Positions 1 through 8,702 of a stretch of DNA of 64,000 nucleotides are shown in pieces. Under the pieces are notes generated by a model. The model was not told the DNA's origin. It did no database searches and saw only the letters and a program-made list of their open reading frames with translations. Position 1 is the first letter of the stretch; each line of letters opens with the position of its first letter. The DNA comes from a phage, in sequence record OZ346158.1; one strand, 5' to 3'. A program made the translations under genes and the position numbers.

Positions 1-32
1 AGGCTGGTGAGCTGTCAAGAGAGGCAGAAACC

Positions 33-740
33 GTGACAACAATGTCACCTACTCCTAGTGGATTTATCAAGCTTACCAACAGAGAAAGATTCAATGAGGG
101 CAGGGATGTTGAGAAAGACTCAGAGTATCGCTTAAGAGCTTCCAGCACAAAACAGTTAACATCTAAGGCTACCCGTCCTGCAATCCTTAGCGCTGTAAGC
201 GAGGTGAAAGGTGTTGAGAAAGTGAGAGTGTTCTCCAACAACACCGATAAAACTGATGCTAAAGGTATACCTCCTTACAAGTTCCAAGTGGTTGTGTTTG
301 GTGGTGCAACGGAGGACATTTGCCAGGCACTTTACCAAACTATAGCTTGTACGAACAGGACTTATGGTAATATTTTCTACGATGTCACTACATCTGACGG
401 TCAAACTGAAAGAATTTATTACTCCAAGGCAAATACCTACCGCCTAGATGTAAGAATTACCTACTCCGGTGCTGCGCTTTCTACAACCGAAAAAGATGCC
501 ATTGTAGAGGCTCTTTTGCAGGTTGTTAACGGACTGGATGTTGCAGATACGTTGTATAATATCCAATTGGTAGGTGCTGCATCTGCTGCTGTGTCAATAG
601 GTAGATTTAATAGACTGGTAATTCAAGTTAAACCAGTAGGGGCTTCTGATGAAGCTTACACTACAAACGATATTGTTGCGAACATGACCGAGGTGTTTGA
701 CCTCGACGAAAGTAATATAACTTTCCAACAAACTATTTAA
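33..740 (+). CDS. hypothetical virion structural protein (tail/baseplate module)
   Basis: 235-aa ORF, GTG start 8 nt after AGAGAGG RBS; first gene of co-oriented structural block; no recognisable motif. Confidence 0.6.
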   Translation: MTTMSPTPSGFIKLTNRERFNEGRDVEKDSEYRLRASSTKQLTSKATRPAILSAVSEVKGVEKVRVFSNNTDKTDAKGIPPYKFQVVVFGGATEDICQALYQTIACTNRTYGNIFYDVTTSDGQTERIYYSKANTYRLDVRITYSGAALSTTEKDAIVEALLQVVNGLDVADTLYNIQLVGAASAAVSIGRFNRLVIQVKPVGASDEAYTTNDIVANMTEVFDLDESNITFQQTI

Positions 741-751
741 GGCGGCGAGAT

Positions 752-1438
752 ATGGCAGAGATTAAGTCGGATGTTAACCACATCCACACTCTGCCAGATT
801 TTGTTCAGGGAGGTCTTGACTACCTACCTGGAGATTTTCTGGCTGAGAAGGTTAATTTAGTCACATTCTTAACCGTATACCTTAAAAGGTTGGAGGATGT
901 TGATAAGATGCTGGTAGGTTTGGCTGAAGGAAGATTGCTTAACAATGCCAGCGGAAGATACCTTGACGAAGTTGGTAATCAGCTTGGTATTCTTAGGAAT
1001 GGACTTTCAGATGCTGATTTTCGTGCCACACTAATTATTCAGCAGGCTGCAGCATCAAGGGGCGGGACTCGCGAAGATGTCATCTCCACCTTGCGACAAT
1101 TGTTCGGAAGAGACAATTTCGATACGTGGAAAGGAGACAACTTCAGGTTTGACATAAATATTAGAAAAACTTGCTTTGACATATTGCAGTCTATCGATCA
1201 GATCTTAGATATGCTACCATTACCTTGTCATTTGCGTCTTACAGAATCGCAAGGGCAAGCTTTTGGTTTTGAAGGGGACTCTACAGCTCTTGGCTTCGGA
1301 TCAGTGTGGGAAGAAAGCCAATTCGGAGTTGGTGGGCTGGCTACTTTGCTATATGTTCCTGACGTAAGACCTGATTGGGACACCACAACCATTTATTGTG
1401 AAAGTATTACAGTAAACGCAACTAGACAGGAGGGTTAA
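752..1438 (+). CDS. hypothetical structural-module protein
   Basis: 228-aa ORF, tightly packed after previous gene, GGCGGCGAGA RBS-like upstream; stop overlaps next start (ATGA-type coupling). Confidence 0.6.
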   Translation: MAEIKSDVNHIHTLPDFVQGGLDYLPGDFLAEKVNLVTFLTVYLKRLEDVDKMLVGLAEGRLLNNASGRYLDEVGNQLGILRNGLSDADFRATLIIQQAAASRGGTREDVISTLRQLFGRDNFDTWKGDNFRFDINIRKTCFDILQSIDQILDMLPLPCHLRLTESQGQAFGFEGDSTALGFGSVWEESQFGVGGLATLLYVPDVRPDWDTTTIYCESITVNATRQEG

Positions 1439-3510
1439 TGGCAACAGCTGTTTTTAAACCTTACCGTGATTACTCTACAATGGCTGCACAGTTTCATTAC
1501 CGCACAGTTCAGGATACTGCCGTTCCTGGTAGAGATTATGATCATGTTGAGGGCGATGTAACTATCCCAGTTGGGGCAACCAGTATTGAGATCCCAGTGG
1601 AAATTGTTGACAAATTACCCAACAGGTTGCCAAGAAGCTTCTTTATGGAGTTTTCATCAAAATCTCAAGGAGTGATGATTGGAACACAAAGGGCGAAATG
1701 TACAATAGTTTCAGATGAGAATCTTGACAGGATATCTTGGGATACTGTTGAGGAGAGAATGTTTCACCCAAGATATTGGGTTACAACCACTCAGCAGACT
1801 GAAAGTACCTGTATTGTTGCAGATAACAACTGTTGTATTAACCGTTTAGTGTCAAGAACATATGGAGGTATGGCTGGGTGCATTTGGGAAACAGTTGACA
1901 AGTATGACCATTTCGGTATTGGGTTTGATGATCACTATGAGATGAGAAACACCAAGCTTTGGTTCAGAATGTCAATAACCAACGCCAGCAACTTCTCCAC
2001 TCCTGAAAAGATGATTATGACTGTAGACCTTGTTGATGGCACAATCATCTATGTTCCTTTAGCTCAATATGCTGTCAGCATCTCAGAGGATAAAAATGTT
2101 GCAGAAATTCATATTGATTTTGAGGACTGCGTCGGGATGGACCAGAACAACAACATGATGGGTGTTGATCCTCGGCAGGTGAGAAGGATTTTAATACCAC
2201 TTATGCCTAAAGACTGGGTAAGTAATAGCACAGATCCAAGAACGGAAAATGTAGAGTGTGAGTTGCGCCTAGATCTGCTTCAGCCAGACACAGGCTGGAA
2301 AATGATGCAACTTAATAATATCCAGGTGAGAGAGCACGACGTTGGGATCTGCACCGCATATGACGATATGTGGAACGTGTCCCCTTTAAGGGTGTTGAAC
2401 AATATCAAGCGTCTGGGCTATACCGGAACCATAAACCATTATGTTGGTATGAGTCATTATTATGACTACACATGGTCAGGAACCCAATGGTCTATAAACA
2501 GAACAGGAGCGCTAAACGCTGCAGCTTATAAATGGCATGATGATTTTATGTACAATGCCAAACGACATAACTTCGACGTTATGCAATCTGTAAGTTTTGA
2601 GCTTTTCAGCGATGCCTGCCCGTTGGAATGGACCCAAAGAGACTGGAACGATAACTACGCTAAAACAGGGTATACACCTTGTAGCTACCTCCTGTCTCCA
2701 ACCATTGAAGAGGGTATGAATTTCCTTACTGCAGTATTTAAGAATTTTGCATCAGCCGCTATGAGAAACAACCTGCCAGTGATTATGCAGGTTGGTGAAC
2801 CGTGGTGGTGGTACAATACCGATACTCGTAGACCTTGTATTTATGATTACCCTACAAAGCAGGCGTTTTATGATGAGACAGGTGAGTATGCATTAGATAT
2901 TGGGACTATTGACGATCCTAAAACTGGCGGTGTTTACGACAAGTATGTAGCATTTTGTCGTGGTAAGCTTGGCGCTCGTATTGCTGCTATTTCAAAGGCA
3001 ATAAAGGCACACGCTGCATCAGCTCAGATGACAGCTCTGCTGTTTTTCCCAACCATTATGGAAACCGAGCTTACGCAAAAGCTTAACCTTGCTGACCAAT
3101 ATAAAAAGGAAGCAGGTGCTCTTGATTTCTTCTGCACCGAGTGCTACGATTGGGTGATGCAGGGAGGTATTGAAAAGGCAAAAGAGTCTGTAAACATACC
3201 TATCGTTAAGTTAGGTTGGCAACCGTCTGAAATACAATACCTTGCAGGGTTCGTTCCTAGTAAAGAGCTTGCTCCGGTATATGGTTACGACCCAACTAGG
3301 AATTACCAAGAATTTTTATGGAGATGTATTTGCGGAAACATGGCAACTATAGAGTATAGATACCCTGAGGTAAAACAGTATGTGTGGGCATACCCGCAAG
3401 TAATGTCTGACAGCATCACTGTTACCGCTAGAGATTCTACCGTGCTTCATATGGGGCAGGTTGCTCTGAAAGGGTATGTAGAAGATGTTGTCCCGCCAGA
3501 CTTCTCATAA
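1438..3510 (+). CDS. hypothetical large virion protein (690 aa)
   Basis: Long uninterrupted ORF, GGAGGG RBS, translationally coupled to upstream gene; function not recognisable. Confidence 0.65.
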   Translation: MATAVFKPYRDYSTMAAQFHYRTVQDTAVPGRDYDHVEGDVTIPVGATSIEIPVEIVDKLPNRLPRSFFMEFSSKSQGVMIGTQRAKCTIVSDENLDRISWDTVEERMFHPRYWVTTTQQTESTCIVADNNCCINRLVSRTYGGMAGCIWETVDKYDHFGIGFDDHYEMRNTKLWFRMSITNASNFSTPEKMIMTVDLVDGTIIYVPLAQYAVSISEDKNVAEIHIDFEDCVGMDQNNNMMGVDPRQVRRILIPLMPKDWVSNSTDPRTENVECELRLDLLQPDTGWKMMQLNNIQVREHDVGICTAYDDMWNVSPLRVLNNIKRLGYTGTINHYVGMSHYYDYTWSGTQWSINRTGALNAAAYKWHDDFMYNAKRHNFDVMQSVSFELFSDACPLEWTQRDWNDNYAKTGYTPCSYLLSPTIEEGMNFLTAVFKNFASAAMRNNLPVIMQVGEPWWWYNTDTRRPCIYDYPTKQAFYDETGEYALDIGTIDDPKTGGVYDKYVAFCRGKLGARIAAISKAIKAHAASAQMTALLFFPTIMETELTQKLNLADQYKKEAGALDFFCTECYDWVMQGGIEKAKESVNIPIVKLGWQPSEIQYLAGFVPSKELAPVYGYDPTRNYQEFLWRCICGNMATIEYRYPEVKQYVWAYPQVMSDSITVTARDSTVLHMGQVALKGYVEDVVPPDFS

Positions 3511-3522
3511 TCAGGAGATAAA

Positions 3523-4563
3523 ATGTCAAAACCTAGTTTTCCATTAGAGATTTGGGCAGAGGAGGATCAGGTTCTGCCTAACACCCACAGACAGAACAGG
3601 CTACGCCCGATTGATGATTTGTGGAGAAAAGGTTGGGATCTTGGTCAAAAGCCCTCATGTGAAGAACTTAACTATATTTTCAATATGCTCGGAACTTGGG
3701 CAAAATACATTGCTGACGAGCAGATCCCCGCTCAAGAAGGCCGTTATCTGGTACGTGATAATAACTTGAGTGATCTTTTGAACATTCCTGTTGCCCGTAG
3801 AAACCTTGGGATTATTACTAAGGAAGAGGCAGACGCCAGGTATGTAAAAGTTACAGGTGATACAATGACAGGCCCATTGGGTTTGCAACGTATCAACTTT
3901 AAAGCTGCAGAGACAGATAAGGCTTGGATAGAGACAACTATTGGCCCAGATAAGACAACTCTCGACTTTGGGTTAAGTGATAATACTGGTTCGTTTGATG
4001 ATGGTGGTACATCTACGGTAGATGCGTTTCGTTGGAGATTCCAGCCAACTCAGCCGGATATTAATCCAGAGTTCACTTTGATGTACCTTAACGCGATCAC
4101 GGCTAACCGTGCGCTGTTGAAAGTGGTAGGCAATGTTGAAGTTGTCGATAACATGAGGTGCAATAACCTTACTATCAGCAATACAGCAACATTCACCAAC
4201 TGTAATGTGGCTAGTCAGTTGACGGCTGGGTCAGTATATGTTAATGGTGGTGCAAGTTGTGACAGTATGGTTGTAAGAAGCCAGCACTGTGTTGTAGGTA
4301 ACAGAAATGTGGTTCGCTCTGTGAACGGAGTGACGGCTAACGGTAACGGTGATGTAACGATCACTATCCCGCAGACAGGTGTGCAAGACATCAGAATCGG
4401 TGCAAGACTTGTGGACGGCGTTTCTGAATCTCCAATCCGCAACGGCTACGTTGTCACAGGCTGGCATTTCGGTGACAAAAAAGAGATGCGTGGTTCAACC
4501 TACTGGGCAGGACCTTTACAAAAACTTGTAAATGGTCAATGGATCACTGTTAATTATGCATAG
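3523..4563 (+). CDS. tail fibre protein, paralogue A
   Basis: 346 aa; GDTMTGPLGL motif typical of phage tail fibres; homologous along its length to 5575..6621 with near-identical C-terminus YW.G..QKLVNGQWIT(V/I).YA; AGGAGA RBS. Confidence 0.7.
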   Translation: MSKPSFPLEIWAEEDQVLPNTHRQNRLRPIDDLWRKGWDLGQKPSCEELNYIFNMLGTWAKYIADEQIPAQEGRYLVRDNNLSDLLNIPVARRNLGIITKEEADARYVKVTGDTMTGPLGLQRINFKAAETDKAWIETTIGPDKTTLDFGLSDNTGSFDDGGTSTVDAFRWRFQPTQPDINPEFTLMYLNAITANRALLKVVGNVEVVDNMRCNNLTISNTATFTNCNVASQLTAGSVYVNGGASCDSMVVRSQHCVVGNRNVVRSVNGVTANGNGDVTITIPQTGVQDIRIGARLVDGVSESPIRNGYVVTGWHFGDKKEMRGSTYWAGPLQKLVNGQWITVNYA

Positions 4564-4577
4564 ATCGGAGGACTAGC

Positions 4578-5162
4578 ATGAAAATACTTCAAGAGTTTAA
4601 ACTTTACCAACCGGGATCTGGCGAATACCACGCCAACAAGGAAACCAAAGAGCTGACCCCTCAAGAGGTTGAGGACTACACCGCATACACTGGGTATTTT
4701 TTACGTAATGATGATGGCGATTGGTATGTGCAGTCAAGAACATTACGACAAGAAAATCCGGGTTGTATCTTCCTACTTGTTGACGAAAAGGGAATTCTTA
4801 AGACATCTACAGAAGAACCTGATGCCTTATGGCCTGCTCCAGGTCTTCGTGTGGTTATCGCCAAAAAAGAAGAGGTACCAGAAAACATTATGCTTCACCA
4901 CGACGCTTTGCGTTTAGTTGGTGATGAATTTGTCACAGACAATGAATTCTTTGTTCAACAGGCAGAGGGTGTCATAGAGACAGAACTTGCTTGGGCTACT
5001 GCTAGAATTGGTGCCTATCAAGACATGATTGACCTTGAATATGATCTTACTGATGACCAGAAACGTAACATCAGAGATTTGAAAATGTACAGGGTAAAAC
5101 TTCTTGAAATAGATACATCTAAAGCCCCTGACATTTTCTTCCCGGAGCGACCTACCCTCTAA
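4578..5162 (+). CDS. hypothetical protein, possible tail-fibre assembly/chaperone (by position only)
   Basis: 194-aa ORF immediately downstream of tail-fibre gene, GGAGGA RBS; function inferred only from position. Confidence 0.45.
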   Translation: MKILQEFKLYQPGSGEYHANKETKELTPQEVEDYTAYTGYFLRNDDGDWYVQSRTLRQENPGCIFLLVDEKGILKTSTEEPDALWPAPGLRVVIAKKEEVPENIMLHHDALRLVGDEFVTDNEFFVQQAEGVIETELAWATARIGAYQDMIDLEYDLTDDQKRNIRDLKMYRVKLLEIDTSKAPDIFFPERPTL

Positions 5163-5173
5163 GAGGAGGTGTT

Positions 5174-5488
5174 GTGGAGTTGGATTTGGCGGCATTGTAC
5201 GGTATCTGCATGGGTACCGTTGTCCCGATCTGTGTATGGGCTTTCAACCAGTGGCACACCAAATGGAAAGGCATTTCCAAGAGGTTGGATGAACTGGAGA
5301 AAGACCTCATCTTAGTGAAAAACAGTATGGTTACAAAAGATAAACTTGATTCCGTTATCGAGACCCGGTTAAGTAAGCTAGAGGCCGATATTAACGACCT
5401 TAAGCAGGATGTCAGGACAGATGTCTCCGGTATCCGAGCTGATGTACAAAAGATTTTGCACATGCTCGTAGAGCATAGTAAAAGGTAA
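5174..5488 (+). CDS. membrane-anchored coiled-coil protein
   Basis: 104 aa, GTG start after GAGGAGG RBS; N-terminal hydrophobic helix (ALYGICMGTVVPICVWAF) then heptad-like charged region; followed by terminator. Confidence 0.5.
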   Translation: MELDLAALYGICMGTVVPICVWAFNQWHTKWKGISKRLDELEKDLILVKNSMVTKDKLDSVIETRLSKLEADINDLKQDVRTDVSGIRADVQKILHMLVEHSKR

Positions 5489-5497
5489 ACAAAGGTT

Positions 5498-5530
5498 AGA
5501 ACGGAAAGGACTCCGTTCTTGCATTTTGTT
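5498..5530 (+). terminator. rho-independent terminator
   Basis: 8-bp stem AGAACGGA/TCCGTTCT with 6-nt loop followed by TGCATTTTGTT. Confidence 0.6.
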
Positions 5531-5574
5531 CCCTAAAGTGTTAAAATAGTCCTAAGGAATTTTCTCAGGAGAAC

Positions 5575-6621
5575 GTGATGACTAAACCAGTTATCCCTCT
5601 TGATATTTGGGCCAATCAGGATGTTGTGCTTGAAAATACGGGAGAGTTGAATAAGTCTCAACCAAAAAAAGAAGAGAGATTGAAAGGTTGGGATATGACA
5701 CAAAGAGTGGCATGTGAAGTTGTTAACTTTGAACTTCACATGCTTTCTGCGTGGTTAAAGCATTTAACAGAAGATGTTGTCCCGGGATGGGATAATAGAT
5801 TCTTAAGGGTCACTAATAATCTAGCAGACGTTCCAGACAAAGCTGCTGCACGTCAAGTTCTCAATGTATACTCGCCTGAAGAAATGGACGATCTATATAT
5901 TGACAGGTCTGGAGACATAATGACTCAGACTCAAACTTTAGGTCTTCAAAGAATCGAGTTTGCATCTGCGTCAACAGACAATGCGGCAATATATACCACC
6001 ATAACTCCAGACAAGACGACGATGGATTTCTGGATTATGGACAACATCGGTGGTGCTGACGGCACAGACCTTGATGATCCTTCTCACCAAATAGACGGGT
6101 TCCGTTGGAGATTTCAACCTTCTGGTGGGCAGCCTGTGTTTTCGGCTATGAAGCTCAATGCTATAACTGCCAACCGTGCAAGACTGGCTATCCAAGGGAA
6201 TCTTGAATGCAACGATGCAAAAAGTTCCTCTGCAAATGCCAATGCGGTCACGATACCAAGAGCCACTATTAATGGACAACAATCCTGCGGAAGCGCTCAA
6301 ATAGGTGGAAGAGTTGATTGTAACGATGAAACCGTCAGGGGCCAATACGCAACAGTTGGTGGAAGAAACGTGGTCCGCAGGGTAAATGGTAACGGCGCAG
6401 ACAGTAGTGGTAACCTTACTATTCCTATGCCTAGCAGAGGGGTTGATGATGTAAGGATAGCAAACCGTTTCAAAACCACCTACAGAGAGTCAAGAGTCTA
6501 CCCTGGGCATGTGATGTGCTCTGGTAACTACGCTTATAAACACCCTTATCAAGGTGACTACTGGACAGGTGCTATCCAAAAACTTGTAAATGGTCAATGG
6601 ATCACTATATCTTATGCTTAA
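5575..6621 (+). CDS. tail fibre protein, paralogue B
   Basis: 348 aa; SGDIMTQTQTLGL motif; homologous to 3523..4563, C-terminal ~25 aa nearly identical; AGGAGAA RBS. Confidence 0.7.
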   Translation: MMTKPVIPLDIWANQDVVLENTGELNKSQPKKEERLKGWDMTQRVACEVVNFELHMLSAWLKHLTEDVVPGWDNRFLRVTNNLADVPDKAAARQVLNVYSPEEMDDLYIDRSGDIMTQTQTLGLQRIEFASASTDNAAIYTTITPDKTTMDFWIMDNIGGADGTDLDDPSHQIDGFRWRFQPSGGQPVFSAMKLNAITANRARLAIQGNLECNDAKSSSANANAVTIPRATINGQQSCGSAQIGGRVDCNDETVRGQYATVGGRNVVRRVNGNGADSSGNLTIPMPSRGVDDVRIANRFKTTYRESRVYPGHVMCSGNYAYKHPYQGDYWTGAIQKLVNGQWITISYA

Positions 6622-6632
6622 AAAGAGGGTAA

Positions 6633-6899
6633 ATGAAACTAACTCAGTTTTTATGGGGACTGGTTGCGGCATCTGATGACCCTACGAAAGTGTCCCAAAC
6701 TAAGCTATGGTCGAACATAGGCATGGCGGTGATGACTGGGGTGTTTATTCATATGGGGTATAATGATACGCTTCCTGAATGGTATGCGTGGATATACGCG
6801 CCTTCAGTAGCTTGCCCCCAGCTTATTAGCAAATTCATCTCGCTCCGGTGGGGTTGCCAGCACCCTGACCACGTTAAAAACGAAGAGCAAAAAGCTTAA
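6633..6899 (+). CDS. hypothetical small protein
   Basis: 88-aa ORF with GAGGG RBS-like sequence directly after fibre paralogue B. Confidence 0.45.
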   Translation: MKLTQFLWGLVAASDDPTKVSQTKLWSNIGMAVMTGVFIHMGYNDTLPEWYAWIYAPSVACPQLISKFISLRWGCQHPDHVKNEEQKA

Positions 6900-6908
6900 G
6901 GAGAAATC

Positions 6909-8654
6909 ATGGCGCAAGACATGACAAGCTTTGAGCAGGCGGTAGATCAAGTAATTGTTGATTCTGAACGTTTGCACTTGGTTGTCAACGGTAACGCTGT
7001 GGATGAAGTTGTCGTAGAGGATGGGACCACCATCCCTACGGTACGAAAAGCCATGCTTGACAACCTTTATTTTAAAACGCCACCGATCCCTTGGGCGTAT
7101 GGTGCATCCACAACAGTTTTTAACCAGCTGTACGAGTTTAAAGGGGACACAGGCCCTCAGTGGTGGTACGCTCCCGCAGCATCAAAATCTAACCCGGTTA
7201 GAATGCCAGCAGATCCTTCACAATCTCCAAACTGGAGATTATATACCGACTCTGCAGTAATGGCAAAATACTACGCAAAACTTAACAGCCCGAGGTTCGA
7301 AGGTGACCCACGAGTACCTACACCTCCAATGGACGATAAGTCAGAGTCCATAGCAAACACAGAGTTTGTTGTTGACTATGTTGATAGCATATTTAAAGCC
7401 ATGGAGGGGATGAAAGTTACTGTAGGGTCTTTGGTGGTAAAAGGTCTTACAGAACTCGCTAACACTATAGTTGGTGGCACCCTTACCTTACATGGACCTG
7501 TTAATGGGGCAGATTCTACTGCACGCTTTAGGAATCTAATCCTCACGGCAAATACTTCTACACTTACTTTTGCGTGGAGCGATCCTAAGCATGCAGACTG
7601 GAGAAGTACAGAGCTGCAACCTCATGAAGTGTCCACCCACAGGGTTGTAGCTGACACTATAACTTCTGGGAAACCAGTGGCTAATAATAACGATGTGCAT
7701 TTTGATGGTCTGGGTAATAACTTTTTTGACTACGTGTACATTCGTGGTAATGCCATGAAGGCAGCAACCGAACCGACATTGCAGGTCGATGGGACCACCA
7801 GGGTTAAGAACCTTGAGGTGACAGGTACCGTTACAGGGATAACATACTCTGTCGATGGCACCATGATCTACCCTAGCTATATTGAAAGCACGGGTGATGC
7901 ATTGATAAATGGCGATTTGGAGGTTGGCGGGTCTGTAGTTATTCGAGGTACAGCCTCTATCCAAAATATAGCTCTGAATACTCTAAGAGTCAATGAGCGT
8001 GCAACTTTTGAAGGAGAAGGGCTTACAGCCAATAAAGGTACAATTACCGAGCTAACCACCACCACTTTAACTGCAACAACTGCAAACTCTGAAAACTGCA
8101 ACATTACCAGAAACTTGCAGGTAAATGGAGATGTTAGTTTAAACGCCGCAGGGACTGGCACCACCCACCTTCACAACCTTGAAATATCCGGCACAGTGAC
8201 CGGGTGGCTGCCAGACTTCTCTAATGTCAACTTTGTCTGTAATGGCATTAACTCCAGTGGTAAGATAACCACCTCTCAAGAAATTGAGGCGGGTAAAACC
8301 ATTACTGCCCCTACTTTCCACGCAGGAAAGGTAGATTTTGACTTAGAGGAGGTTGACGCGTCCAGTGGGACATGGACACCTAACGGGCAGGCCAGTATGT
8401 ATGTTGTCCACGCTAAAGGGGATTTTACAATAGGTCAGTGGCCTGGGACATCAGCGGAAGATAAACCTTATCCATTCACTGCAGTTATCTATGTCATTCA
8501 GGATGCTGTAGGTCACAACGTGACTTTGCACGATAAGTATGCTATCCTGTCGGCAACACCTGTTATTAACAACAGGGCTAACAGTGTTACCTTGCTGCAA
8601 TTAACGTATTGTGGTGTTGGTGATATTGTAGACGTAGTAATTGCACAACGTTAA
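6909..8654 (+). CDS. tail fibre / tail spike-like protein
   Basis: 581 aa, AAGGAGAAA RBS; Thr/Gly/Asn-rich repetitive beta-type composition typical of fibres; in fibre cluster. Confidence 0.6.
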   Translation: MAQDMTSFEQAVDQVIVDSERLHLVVNGNAVDEVVVEDGTTIPTVRKAMLDNLYFKTPPIPWAYGASTTVFNQLYEFKGDTGPQWWYAPAASKSNPVRMPADPSQSPNWRLYTDSAVMAKYYAKLNSPRFEGDPRVPTPPMDDKSESIANTEFVVDYVDSIFKAMEGMKVTVGSLVVKGLTELANTIVGGTLTLHGPVNGADSTARFRNLILTANTSTLTFAWSDPKHADWRSTELQPHEVSTHRVVADTITSGKPVANNNDVHFDGLGNNFFDYVYIRGNAMKAATEPTLQVDGTTRVKNLEVTGTVTGITYSVDGTMIYPSYIESTGDALINGDLEVGGSVVIRGTASIQNIALNTLRVNERATFEGEGLTANKGTITELTTTTLTATTANSENCNITRNLQVNGDVSLNAAGTGTTHLHNLEISGTVTGWLPDFSNVNFVCNGINSSGKITTSQEIEAGKTITAPTFHAGKVDFDLEEVDASSGTWTPNGQASMYVVHAKGDFTIGQWPGTSAEDKPYPFTAVIYVIQDAVGHNVTLHDKYAILSATPVINNRANSVTLLQLTYCGVGDIVDVVIAQR

Positions 8655-8661
8655 TATATCT

Positions 8662-8690
8662 AACCGCTCCTGACGGGGCGGTTTTCTTAT
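8662..8690 (+). terminator. rho-independent terminator
   Basis: Stem AACCGCTCC/GGGGCGGTT (one G-U pair) with TGAC loop followed by TTCTTAT. Confidence 0.55.
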
Positions 8691-8702
8691 CTGGAGAACA
8701 CA

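Noticed and set aside
156-404. 82-aa ORF on - strand inside gene 33..740
   Set aside because: Antisense shadow ORF fully embedded in a longer co-oriented gene; no RBS; the same applies to the other short antisense ORFs inside 1438..14339 (e.g. 3655..3888, 4215..4467, 5971..6345, 7536..8321)
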